Of a stretch of DNA of 64,000 nt, positions 26,034 to 34,547 are shown piece after piece. Position 1 is the stretch's first letter. Every line of letters begins with the position of its first letter. The DNA lies in the NCBI GenBank assembly GCA_036267355.1, contig DATAWG010000122.1:13671-77670 (forward strand). Direction: 5' to 3'. The stretch comes from Pirellulales bacterium. GTDB taxonomy: Bacteria > Planctomycetota > Planctomycetia > Pirellulales > DATAWG01. Below the pieces are notes generated by a model. That model was not told the origin of the DNA. It was given only the letters and a program-made list of their open reading frames with translations, and ran no database searches. The translations under genes were made by a program, and so were the position numbers.

Positions 26034-27158
26034 ATGCCCGTTCGCTTCGAGCGGGTTCGATCGCCGTCCGCCGAATCCGATATTCTGAGAGCTCGGGAGC
26101 CACTCTTGCGCGAGCCGATCTTGCAAGCTGCTGCCGAGACAATCGCAGACGTCGTGGTCTCTCCGGAGGCGGATCGCGAGCTGCGGCCGCAGCGCATGCG
26201 CGATATGGTCGGGCAGCGCGAGGTTTACGCGCGGTTGGAAATCGCCGTCGACGCCGCGCAAAAGCGCGGCGAAACGCTGGGGCACATTCTGTTCGACGGA
26301 CCGCCGGGTCTCGGAAAGACCACGTTCGCGATGTGCATCCCGCGCGACTTGGGCGTTAGCTTTCAGATCGCCAGCGGGGCCGCGCTCGCCGCCCCCAAGG
26401 ATCTGATTCCCTATCTGACCAATGCCGAAGAGCGGTCGATATTGTTTATCGATGAGATCCACCGTTTGCCAAAACCGGTCGAAGAGTTTCTCTATCCGGC
26501 GATGGAGGACTTTCGGATCGACATCCTGCTGGGCGAAGGGGTCAACGCACGCACGATCAACATGCCCTTGCGGCCGTTTACGTTGATCGGCGCGACGACG
26601 CGGGCCGGCATGATTTCGGCGCCGCTTCGCGATCGGTTCCATTTGCGCGAGCATCTCGATTTTTACACCGTGGCCGAGCTGGCCGAGATCGTGGGCCGCA
26701 GCGCGGCGAAGCTGCAAGTGCCGATCGACGCGGCCAGTGCGGAGGAAATCGCCGGCCGCAGCCGGGGCACGCCGCGGCTGGCGAACAACCGCCTGCGCTG
26801 GGTTCGCGATTATGTCACCAGCAAGGCCGACGGCCGGATCAATCTCGAGTTGGCCCGCGCCGCCCTGGCGATGCAGGGAATCGACACGCTGGGCCTCGAC
26901 GGCCAAGATCGCAAATATCTGGAGACAATTATCCGCGTTTTTCATGGCGGCCCGGTGGGCGTCGAAGCGATTGCCCACACTCTGAACACCGCGACCGACA
27001 CGCTTTCCGACGAAGTCGAGCCGTTTCTGTTGCGGTCGGCGCTGGTGGTCCGCACGCCCCGCGGCCGCAAAGTGACGTCGGCCGGCTATGTGCATCTCGG
27101 CCTGGCGGTGCCCGACGAAGCAGCCGCCGAGGATCAACAGCGACGATTGTTCGGTTAA
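26034..27158 (+). CDS. ruvB: Holliday junction branch migration DNA helicase RuvB
   Basis: LRPQRMRDMVGQREV...LFDGPPGLGKTT (Walker A)...ILFIDEIHRL (Walker B)...TLIGATTRAGMISAPLRDRF...GTPRLANNRLRWVRDY. Track ORF starts at 25884; the ATG at 26034 gives a more typical N-terminus. Confidence 0.95.
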   Translation: MPVRFERVRSPSAESDILRAREPLLREPILQAAAETIADVVVSPEADRELRPQRMRDMVGQREVYARLEIAVDAAQKRGETLGHILFDGPPGLGKTTFAMCIPRDLGVSFQIASGAALAAPKDLIPYLTNAEERSILFIDEIHRLPKPVEEFLYPAMEDFRIDILLGEGVNARTINMPLRPFTLIGATTRAGMISAPLRDRFHLREHLDFYTVAELAEIVGRSAAKLQVPIDAASAEEIAGRSRGTPRLANNRLRWVRDYVTSKADGRINLELARAALAMQGIDTLGLDGQDRKYLETIIRVFHGGPVGVEAIAHTLNTATDTLSDEVEPFLLRSALVVRTPRGRKVTSAGYVHLGLAVPDEAAAEDQQRRLFG

Positions 27159-27222
27159 GCATGGGGTATACTTGCAAGCCGGGGGAGCGGCTGCGGATGC
27201 GCCGCGCGCCGTCAGACGCTGG

Positions 27223-27287
27223 CGCGCGAAACCGCAAGCGAGCTTCGAGGCCCGAGGGCGGTGGAAGCTCGCTTGCGGTTTCGCGCG
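27223..27287. repeat. REP-like hairpin, 'GAAACCGCAAGCGAGC' family
   Basis: CGCGCGAAACCGCAAGCGAGC - 23 nt - GCTCGCTTGCGGTTTCGCGCG, between ruvB and the next gene. Confidence 0.85.
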
Positions 27288-27335
27288 TGGCAGCCCCGCC
27301 CCCCAAGCCGCCGCAATTCTCGGACATCCGAAACA

Positions 27336-29609
27336 ATGACCAACGGTCTCAGCCGCCGCCAACTGGTGTGGTTCTACGCGGCGACGACATTCGTCAGCGC
27401 GTTTCTGCTGTTTCAGGTGCAGCCGATCATCAGCAAGGCCATCTTGCCTTGGTTTGGCGGAAGTCCGGCCGTTTGGACGACGGCGATGCTGTTTTTTCAG
27501 ACGTTGCTCTTCGCCGGGTATGCCTACGCCCATTTCACGCAGGCGCTGCGGCCGCGGGCCCAAGCGGTGATCCACGTCGCGCTTTTATTGCTGGCGGTCG
27601 CTGTGTATCCGATTCTGCCGGGGCCGAGTTGGAAGCCGCCGGATGGCTCCGACCCCGCCGGGCGGATCTTGCTATTGCTTGCGGTGTGCGTCGGCCTGCC
27701 GTATTTCGTCCTTTCGGCAACCGGCCCATTGGTGCAGGCATGGTTTGCCCGCGATTATCCAGGCCGCTCTCCGTATCGGCTTTATTCGCTGTCGAATGTT
27801 GGTTCGCTGTTGGCGCTGTTGACGTATCCGTTTCTTATCGAGCCCGCATTTGCGCTCGGCTTGCAAGCCGCATATTGGGAAATTGGCTTTGTCGTGTTTG
27901 GCTTGTTGTGCGGATTTCTCGCGGTGCGGGCGGGAATCGTCGGTGGGCCGTCAACCGCATGGCCGGCGGAACAAACGCTCGACGAGGCGGCTCGCGTGCA
28001 GGCCGAGGCCGGGGGCCTCGTTGTGGCGGCGCCGCCAGCGCCGGATGCGGGCAACCCTTATCGGTCGCCGGATGCCGCGGCAATCGCAAATCAAAACGCG
28101 AGTGAATCCGCCGCGGGGGGCGAGCGGTCGCCCGGGTGGGGCCGTCGGCTGCTGTGGCTCGTGCTGCCGGCGTTTGCCTCGTTGACGTTTTTGGCGACGA
28201 CAAACCATGTCTGCCAGGATGTGGCGGTGATCCCCTTCCTGTGGATCGCGCCGCTCAGTTTGTATTTGCTGTCGTTCATCATCTGCTTCGATCACGCGCG
28301 TTGGTACATGCCGCGGCTCTACGCAGTAATGACATTGCTGATGTTTCTCGCCGGCGGGTTTTGGACGACGCGCGCGCTCTGGATGCCGAAAGTCAGGCTG
28401 GATCCCGGCAATTTCGACAAAATCCAAATCGACGCGGGCTTGAGCTTCGCCGGCATGTTCTTGATTTGCATGCTTTGCCACGGCCAACTGGTTCGCCTTC
28501 GCCCCCATCCGCGGCATCTGACGATGTTCTACTTGTTGATCGCGGCCGGCGGCGCCGTCGGCGGCCTGTTGGTCAGTCTCGTCGCGCCGATCGTGTTTCA
28601 AACCGGCTACACGGAATGGACGATCGCCTTGTTGGGAGGCTGCGTTTTGGCGGTCGCCATTATGTTCGGCACGGAACAGAACGGGTTCGTGCGCCGCTAT
28701 CCCTGGCTGTTCGGCCCGGGCCTGGTGCTGTTCGCGGTGGCACTTTATATCGCGACGCTCGAGGGCATGTCTGCCAATAGCGGCGTGGTCGATGCGCGGA
28801 GAAACTTTTACGGCGTGGTCAGCGTTACCGCAGGATCGCTGGAGGTCGACGACGAATTCGAGCCGGTTCGATATTTGCTCAACGGCCGCATCAAGCACGG
28901 AATGCAGTTTCAAAACGAAACGCTTCGCGACGAACCGACGACCTATTACGGCCGCGATAGCGGCGTCGGCAGGGCCATCGAATATTTCGGCACGCGTGGG
29001 ACCGTTCGTCTCGGAGCGATCGGCCTGGGCACCGGCACGCTTGCCGCCTATGCCGCCAAGAACGATCGCTTCACGTTCTACGAAATCAATCCGCAGGTGC
29101 CGCTGGTGGCCGACAAATATTTCACCTATCTCGGCGATGCCCGAGAGCGAATGCTCCACGGCAGCGGCCAACTTGAAATCGTGATGGGCGATGCCCGGCT
29201 GTCGCTGGAACGAGAATTGACCAGCGAGCCGTCGCGCGGGTTTCAAGTGTTAGTCGTCGATGCCTTCAGCGGCGACGCGATCCCGACGCATCTAATCACC
29301 GGCGAGGCCGGCGAAATTTATCGCCGGCAACTCGATCCAGATGGCGTGTTGGCGATCCACATTTCGAATCGCTATTTGGATCTCGATCCGGTCGTGCGCG
29401 GGCTGGCCGATCATCTTCAATTCAAGGTGGTGCGAATCGACAGCCAAGGAGACGACGATCTTGGCACCTCGACCGCCGACTGGATGCTGCTGACGCGCAA
29501 CGCCGAGCTGCTGAAAACGCTCGGCAATTTCGCGGCAAAACCGCCGGCGCGCGCACGTTCGCTGTTGTGGACCGACGAGTATAGCGATCTGTTCGATATT
29601 CTGAAGTAG
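27336..29609 (+). CDS. Polytopic membrane protein fused to a spermidine-synthase-like methyltransferase-fold domain
   Basis: ATG at 27336 (MTNGLSRRQLVWFYAATTFVSAFLLFQVQPIISK). Multiple TM helices, then a C-terminal segment with VLVVDAFSGDAIPTHLIT...DPDGVLAIHISN (spermidine synthase-type fold). Confidence 0.8.
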   Translation: MTNGLSRRQLVWFYAATTFVSAFLLFQVQPIISKAILPWFGGSPAVWTTAMLFFQTLLFAGYAYAHFTQALRPRAQAVIHVALLLLAVAVYPILPGPSWKPPDGSDPAGRILLLLAVCVGLPYFVLSATGPLVQAWFARDYPGRSPYRLYSLSNVGSLLALLTYPFLIEPAFALGLQAAYWEIGFVVFGLLCGFLAVRAGIVGGPSTAWPAEQTLDEAARVQAEAGGLVVAAPPAPDAGNPYRSPDAAAIANQNASESAAGGERSPGWGRRLLWLVLPAFASLTFLATTNHVCQDVAVIPFLWIAPLSLYLLSFIICFDHARWYMPRLYAVMTLLMFLAGGFWTTRALWMPKVRLDPGNFDKIQIDAGLSFAGMFLICMLCHGQLVRLRPHPRHLTMFYLLIAAGGAVGGLLVSLVAPIVFQTGYTEWTIALLGGCVLAVAIMFGTEQNGFVRRYPWLFGPGLVLFAVALYIATLEGMSANSGVVDARRNFYGVVSVTAGSLEVDDEFEPVRYLLNGRIKHGMQFQNETLRDEPTTYYGRDSGVGRAIEYFGTRGTVRLGAIGLGTGTLAAYAAKNDRFTFYEINPQVPLVADKYFTYLGDARERMLHGSGQLEIVMGDARLSLERELTSEPSRGFQVLVVDAFSGDAIPTHLITGEAGEIYRRQLDPDGVLAIHISNRYLDLDPVVRGLADHLQFKVVRIDSQGDDDLGTSTADWMLLTRNAELLKTLGNFAAKPPARARSLLWTDEYSDLFDILK

Positions 29610-29693
29610 ACGCAAACTGCTGGTGTGCCACTGGCAAGCGCAGTCTGCCGGTGTCCGAGTTGACGCCGTCCTTGGCGGTTGATTTTCCCCCGG

Positions 29694-30710
29694 TCACTCA
29701 CCTTCCGCGATGATGCGGCGGAAAAATCCTTCCGCCGCCCAATCGTGAAACCACGTTCGCAGATCGCGGGCCAGACTGTCGATATCGAGTCGGGGCAATT
29801 CCATCATGCGCGCGATCGCCGCGCCGATCGATTGCCCTTCGATGATTGCCGAGAGCAACACGAATTGCGGCTCCGAAATCTCGTGCCGCCGGACAACGTA
29901 ATCGCGGCGCGTCACCGCCAGCCAACTCGCCGCGGCGGCCGGAATCGACGGCTCTTCACCGCGCCGCATGGCCGTGTAATACGCGTTTACCGGAAATCGA
30001 AACGCCAGCAGCTTCAAACAAGGCACCGTCTCCAAGCGAGCGTCGGGCCAACGATCCATTCCGATCGTGCGTAATTCCGTCGCTTCCAAGAGCGGCTCGC
30101 GTTCGACGCCCGGTCCGTCGAACACCTGGCTAAACGTCCATTCGAGCGTCGCCAAGTCGATCATGAAGTCGGGCCAATCGGGCGACAGCGGCTCGGACGA
30201 ATCGGCCGTGGCATCGTCGGTTGCGTCGCCGTCGGGCGCCACAATCTCAAGCGCCTCAGCGGATTCGGCCGGCTCGGAACCGGTCGGCCGGGTTTCCGCG
30301 AGAAACGCCGCGAAATTGGCCCCCAATCGATTGAGCGTGTAGCTGCGCGACGGATAGTTTTGCAGATAGGCGAAAGCAAACGCCTCGAACGTCTCGTCGC
30401 CGAGCGTCTGCTTCAATACCGGGAATTCCTCGCCGAGGCATTCCAGCAGCCGGGCGTAATACGCATTGGCGTAAATCGACAGCCGCTCGACGCTCGACAA
30501 TGCCGCCGACCGCGAAATCACCTGCTCGACTTGCTCCGGCGGCACGTCGATATGGTTCCGTGCGGCGATCGAATCCAAACCCGCCTCGACGCCCTCCGGA
30601 TGCATGATCACTGCCTGCATCCAGCGCTGCACTTTGGCCAAAGGTGATTCCGGTTCGCTCATCGTTCGATCATTCGTTTCTGGAGCCCGCGGCGCCAGCA
30701 AGAGAGACAT
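29694..30710 (-). CDS. DUF2063-family protein (BufC/HvfC-type partner of MNIO enzymes)
   Basis: LSIYANAYYARLLECLGEEFPVLKQTLGDETFEAFAFAYLQNYPSRSYTLNRLGANFAAFL matches the DUF2063 N-terminal domain. Lies directly downstream of a DUF692 gene. An alternative ATG is at 30662. Confidence 0.8.
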   Translation of the reverse strand: MSLLLAPRAPETNDRTMSEPESPLAKVQRWMQAVIMHPEGVEAGLDSIAARNHIDVPPEQVEQVISRSAALSSVERLSIYANAYYARLLECLGEEFPVLKQTLGDETFEAFAFAYLQNYPSRSYTLNRLGANFAAFLAETRPTGSEPAESAEALEIVAPDGDATDDATADSSEPLSPDWPDFMIDLATLEWTFSQVFDGPGVEREPLLEATELRTIGMDRWPDARLETVPCLKLLAFRFPVNAYYTAMRRGEEPSIPAAAASWLAVTRRDYVVRRHEISEPQFVLLSAIIEGQSIGAAIARMMELPRLDIDSLARDLRTWFHDWAAEGFFRRIIAEGE

Positions 30711-30730
30711 CGCCGTATCGTCGCATCCAA

Positions 30731-30819
30731 TGTAGCAGGCACACTCCGTGTGCCGTCTGCCTCTTGGTGTGTGTCATGCACAGAGCAGCGCCGACGGCAC
30801 ACGGAGTGTGCCTCCTACA
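30731..30819. repeat. REP/MITE-like element, 'GGCACACTCCGTGTGCC' family, between the DUF692 and DUF2063 genes
   Basis: TGTAGCAGGCACACTCCGTGTGCCGTC ... GACGGCACACGGAGTGTGCCTCCTACA. Confidence 0.85.
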
Positions 30820-30838
30820 ATAACGACATGCCGCCCCC

Positions 30839-31795
30839 TCACTCGACTTCCATCGGCACATACGCGAGCGGGTGCGGCACGCTTGAACCGGAATCGACAT
30901 ATTCGGCCGCACCGCCAGCGCTGGGCGCGACGGATTCATCGGCCGCCGATGCGCTCGGTGGCGAAAGCTCCGCCGCCATGTATTGCTTCGCCTTCAACAC
31001 TTCCGCATGCACTACTGGAAACGCCGGTATGCGGGCATCCCATTCCAAGAGCGTCGACACGCCGCCGGTGAATTGATGGGCGAGCCGGTAGAGCTCCCAA
31101 ACCGGATCGATCACATGGTTGTCGTGCGTGTCGATCAAATGTGTGCGGCAATTGCTGTGGCCGGCGAGATGAATTTGCACGATCCGCTCGTGCGGCACGG
31201 AGCGGACATATTCGAACGGATCGAAATCGTGGTTGATGCTCGACACGTAAACGTTGTTCACATCGAGCAGCAATCCGCAACCGGTTTGCTCCGCCATGCG
31301 GGAAAGAAATTCCCATTCGCTCATCGTCGAGCCGGCGAAGGTCACGTAGCTGCTCGGATTCTCGAGCACCAGCGGCCGCTCGAGAAAATCTTGCACCTGC
31401 CGTACCCGCGACACCACGTGCGAAAGCGTTTGCTCGTTGAGCGGGATCGGCAGCAAGTCGTGGGCATTCAAACTTTGCACGCCGGTCCAGCAGAGATGAT
31501 CGGAAACCCACAGCGGATTCACCGCCGCAGCCAACCGCTTCAGCTTACTGAGATATTCGAAATTGAGCGGATCGGTGCTGCCGATCGAGAGCGACACGCC
31601 GTGCATCACGATCGGATAGCGCTCGGCGATTTGATCGAGCACGTAGCGCGGCCGGCCGCCGGAATCCATGTAGTTTTCCGAAATGATTTCGAACCAATCC
31701 ACCTCGGGATTGTGTTCGAGAATATGCGGAAAATGGATCGACCTTAGGCCGACCCCAAGCCCGAGATTCGGAAGCCCCAAGCGTGGCGACGGCAT
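30839..31795 (-). CDS. DUF692 / MNIO (multinuclear non-heme iron oxidase, MbnB/BufB-like) enzyme
   Basis: [31 protein letters not shown]...[10 protein letters not shown]...WVSDHLCW...LVLENPSSY...[14 protein letters not shown]...VQIHLAGHS is a canonical DUF692 TIM-barrel signature. Confidence 0.9.
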   Translation of the reverse strand: MPSPRLGLPNLGLGVGLRSIHFPHILEHNPEVDWFEIISENYMDSGGRPRYVLDQIAERYPIVMHGVSLSIGSTDPLNFEYLSKLKRLAAAVNPLWVSDHLCWTGVQSLNAHDLLPIPLNEQTLSHVVSRVRQVQDFLERPLVLENPSSYVTFAGSTMSEWEFLSRMAEQTGCGLLLDVNNVYVSSINHDFDPFEYVRSVPHERIVQIHLAGHSNCRTHLIDTHDNHVIDPVWELYRLAHQFTGGVSTLLEWDARIPAFPVVHAEVLKAKQYMAAELSPPSASAADESVAPSAGGAAEYVDSGSSVPHPLAYVPMEVE

Positions 31796-31814
31796 GGAAA
31801 AACCCGTGGGGGAA

Positions 31815-31842
31815 GGCGACAGGCTACAGGCGACAGGCTACA
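31815..31842. repeat. 14-bp tandem direct repeat GGCGACAGGCTACA x2 in the precursor-MNIO spacer
   Basis: Read directly at 31815-31828 and 31829-31842. Confidence 0.8.
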
Positions 31843-32075
31843 GAAGGCGCGGGCGCCATGCCCACTGCCTTGAGTGGGCATGTGTATCGCTGTGGGCGAA
31901 CGTGCCCACGCAAAGCCGTGGGCAGGCACAAGGCAGCGACCGGCCTAAATTATCGCCGTGTGCCACTGGCTTTGCCAGTGCGAATCCCCGAACGGATTCG
32001 ATCCACCAGCGGAGCCAATGGCACACGGCTACAGAACTGCGACGCGGCCGTTCGTTCGTTCGGCCGTGGTTGACA

Positions 32076-32495
32076 CTACTTGGCCGGCGCTGCGCCGTAC
32101 GTTTTTCCGGCGGCTTTCATCAATTGCTCGAAGCGTTTGCGAGCCTTGGGCCAGGTTTGGGCAGTCAACGGCACATTGCACGAGCCTTTGGCTTTGCACG
32201 AATTTTCGCCCGGATGAGCGCCGCAGCCGCCTTGGCCCTTGCAGGCGTTTTCGCCGTTGCAGGTGTGCCTTTCGGCAGTCGCGCACGCGCCTTGGCCGGC
32301 GCAGGCGTTGCTCTTGCCGGCCCCTTTGCCTTTGCAAGTGTTCAAGCCACGGCAAACGTGCGGGTCGCCCAACAGCGGACTGGTCGGCTCAGCGGCCGAA
32401 GCGGCCGATTGCATTCCGACGCCGATCACTGCGCCGCCGAAGGCGGCAGCCGTCAGCCGCTGAAAATCGCGGCGACTCATCTCCGATCGCTCCAT
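32076..32495 (-). CDS. Exported Cys-rich RiPP precursor, bufferin-like (BufA2-like CxGxNxCKGxG repeats)
   Basis: Twin-arginine-like signal MSRRDFQRLTAAAFGGAVIGVGMQSAASA. Core HVCRGLNTCKGKGAGKSNACAGQGACATAERHTCNGENACKGQGGCGAHPGENSCKAKGSCN has 9 Cys and is followed by a basic tail. Lies upstream of the DUF692 and DUF2063 genes on the same strand. Confidence 0.8.
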   Translation of the reverse strand: MERSEMSRRDFQRLTAAAFGGAVIGVGMQSAASAAEPTSPLLGDPHVCRGLNTCKGKGAGKSNACAGQGACATAERHTCNGENACKGQGGCGAHPGENSCKAKGSCNVPLTAQTWPKARKRFEQLMKAAGKTYGAAPAK

Positions 32496-32574
32496 GGTTA
32501 GCTCGCTTTCTCTCTCAAGGATGTGAAACTCAGCAATAACAAAACGAAAGAATTCAACTGGGCTGTCAGTTCAT

Positions 32575-34362
32575 CTATCGCAGTGCCGACGAATCGATTA
32601 CTTCGCCTCCGGCGATCGTAAATGCCGCTTTGAGCACCGAGGGATCGATATCGTTGGGAATCAGGGTCGTATGGCAGTCGCCAAAAACCGCAAAAAAACC
32701 GTTGGACCGAACGTGCCCCAGGCCGATCAACGGCTTGGCCAAGTCTACGTCCAAATCTTCGGGTTTGGTCCAAATTAGCGCATTATCGGCTTCAACGGCC
32801 ATAATGGTCCGGCTGGTTCCGTCGGTGATGCTAGCAATTGTCGTGCCCTTATCGCCGTCGAACATGAGGCCTTTGCCGACCGGAGCGGCGAAATGCGTCA
32901 AACCACTGGCGGGATCATCTTCCGGTTCCGCGAAAACCGCCGGCATGCGAGCGATGAGCGGCTTGTTGTGCGGGCTATCCCACGGCTCGTCTAAATGGAA
33001 TTCCCGATACAAGCGGGTTTCGTCCACATACGGCAAGATTTGCACCCGCCAACTCAAGAGCGGCTTCCCATCTTTGCTGAAGATCGCTCGAGCCGGAAAT
33101 CGCCGGTATGCAGATTCGTGGTTCAAAAGCGCCAAGCCGATCTCCTTCAACCTAGCAACTGTCTGATTGCGCTGGGCCGCCGCGCGAGCCGCCTGCACTG
33201 CGGGAAGCAAAAGCGCCACCAGCACTCCGATCACTGCGACACTTACCACCGGCCCGCCCGAGCTCTTTACTGCCCAACGCACGTCGGCTCCGTCCCGCGT
33301 CGGTTTCAGGCTGTCGAACGTTCGGCCGGTCATGCGGATCATATATTTCTGCATCGCTTGTTGCACCGGGTCATCGGCTCGCGGCTGCTGCTGCGCGAGA
33401 TCGACGAGCGCCATTTGCCGGCCCATGGCCAAGCCGCGCTCGATCAGGTCTTGAAGTTCCTCGGCGGATTTCGCGTCGGCGGTGTGCAGCGTCGCCGAAA
33501 ATTCGCTCGGCTGGCGAACATCGAGCTTGATGACGCCCGACGAAATCAGCTTCGGGATTTTCAGGAAATCGGCAAATTGCGGCGGCAGCGGCGGCGCGTG
33601 GGCCAGCGCTTGATCGATCAGGCCGCGCACGGCGTCGAGCGAGAAAACGGCGGTCGCCGTGCCCGAACAATCGGTCGCTCGCAATAATTGCGTCAACTTG
33701 CTGTCGACATTCTTGGCGGCCATCATTGCCTGCAAGAAGCCGTCGGTGCCGACGACGAGCGTGCGGTCGTCGGGCATGAACAGGCCGATCGGCATCGGGC
33801 CGCGGAGCATGGCGAATTTCTTGCCGTCGAGCTCCTGAATCGCCGGATTCATTGGCTTCATTTTGGCAAACACATCGCGCCGCGAATACGCTTGCGAAAA
33901 ATGCAGAATCGCGCCGACGCTTGGCGCGTTTTCGCGCGGGCCAGCCGCTGGCCGTTCGGTCGGGCCGGACGGCGCCAATTCCGCTGGAGCGGCCATCTCC
34001 GGCGGCGCTGCCACGACAATCGCCTCCTGAATCTGCGCCGGATCAAAGCCGACCTTTTGCAGCCCGGCGGCAGTGACCACCTCGACCGGCAATAGGTCCG
34101 CAGCTTCGCCGGCAAGAATTTGTTGCGGATGCAGCACCAAGGCCGCCACGGCCGATGCGGGCACAAAGCTCAGATCGACCGCCGCGGCCTTTGATCCCGC
34201 TGAATCGGTTTGGGCCGCAGGCGCAGCAATGGCCGCAGGCGCAGCGATGGCCGCAGGCGCAGCGATTGCCGGCGGCTCATCGCCAAAGCATGGCTGCAGG
34301 CACGGGGTCATCACCATTGCAAAGCAGGCCAACGCCGCGAGCGACCATTGAACATCGCGCAT
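32575..34362 (-). CDS. DUF1559-type (pilin-like, H-X9-DG family) domain preceded by a ~380-aa secreted N-terminal domain
   Basis: ATG at 34362 (MRDVQWSLAALACFAMVMTPC = signal peptide). Internal VVSVAVIGVLVALLLPAVQAARAAAQRNQTVARLKEIGLALLNHESAYRRFP is the DUF1559 pilin-like helix. LSWRVQILPYVDE and DEPWDSPHNK are DUF1559 hallmarks. Confidence 0.75.
   Translation of the reverse strand: MRDVQWSLAALACFAMVMTPCLQPCFGDEPPAIAAPAAIAAPAAIAAPAAQTDSAGSKAAAVDLSFVPASAVAALVLHPQQILAGEAADLLPVEVVTAAGLQKVGFDPAQIQEAIVVAAPPEMAAPAELAPSGPTERPAAGPRENAPSVGAILHFSQAYSRRDVFAKMKPMNPAIQELDGKKFAMLRGPMPIGLFMPDDRTLVVGTDGFLQAMMAAKNVDSKLTQLLRATDCSGTATAVFSLDAVRGLIDQALAHAPPLPPQFADFLKIPKLISSGVIKLDVRQPSEFSATLHTADAKSAEELQDLIERGLAMGRQMALVDLAQQQPRADDPVQQAMQKYMIRMTGRTFDSLKPTRDGADVRWAVKSSGGPVVSVAVIGVLVALLLPAVQAARAAAQRNQTVARLKEIGLALLNHESAYRRFPARAIFSKDGKPLLSWRVQILPYVDETRLYREFHLDEPWDSPHNKPLIARMPAVFAEPEDDPASGLTHFAAPVGKGLMFDGDKGTTIASITDGTSRTIMAVEADNALIWTKPEDLDVDLAKPLIGLGHVRSNGFFAVFGDCHTTLIPNDIDPSVLKAAFTIAGGEVIDSSALR
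34213..34266. repeat. In-frame 18-bp tandem repeat x3 (encodes AAPAAI x3) inside the DUF1559-fusion gene
   Basis: GGCCGCAGGCGCAGC(A/G)AT at 34213-34230, 34231-34248 and 34249-34266. Confidence 0.9.
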
Positions 34363-34547
34363 CGTTCCACCCCCAATCGATTTTGTCGGCCAATGAAAGG
34401 CCCACGGCGGCAATTCCGAGGGCGAAACCACCGATTTTGCCTTTCCAGGCTAATCGTGGCCAGTAGGAGTGTCAACAATCGGCGGCATTGGTGCGGCCTG
34501 CTCCGTGCTCGTGCCTCGGAGGCGCATTTCGGCGGTCTTCGTCTCTA

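Noticed and set aside
26031-27575. 514-aa minus-strand ORF
   Set aside because: It is antisense to ruvB (unambiguous motifs) and runs through the REP hairpin at 27223-27287. It is a shadow ORF.
27951-29246. 431-aa minus-strand ORF
   Set aside because: It is antisense to the membrane/spermidine-synthase-like gene, whose TM helices and SAM-fold motifs identify the true frame.
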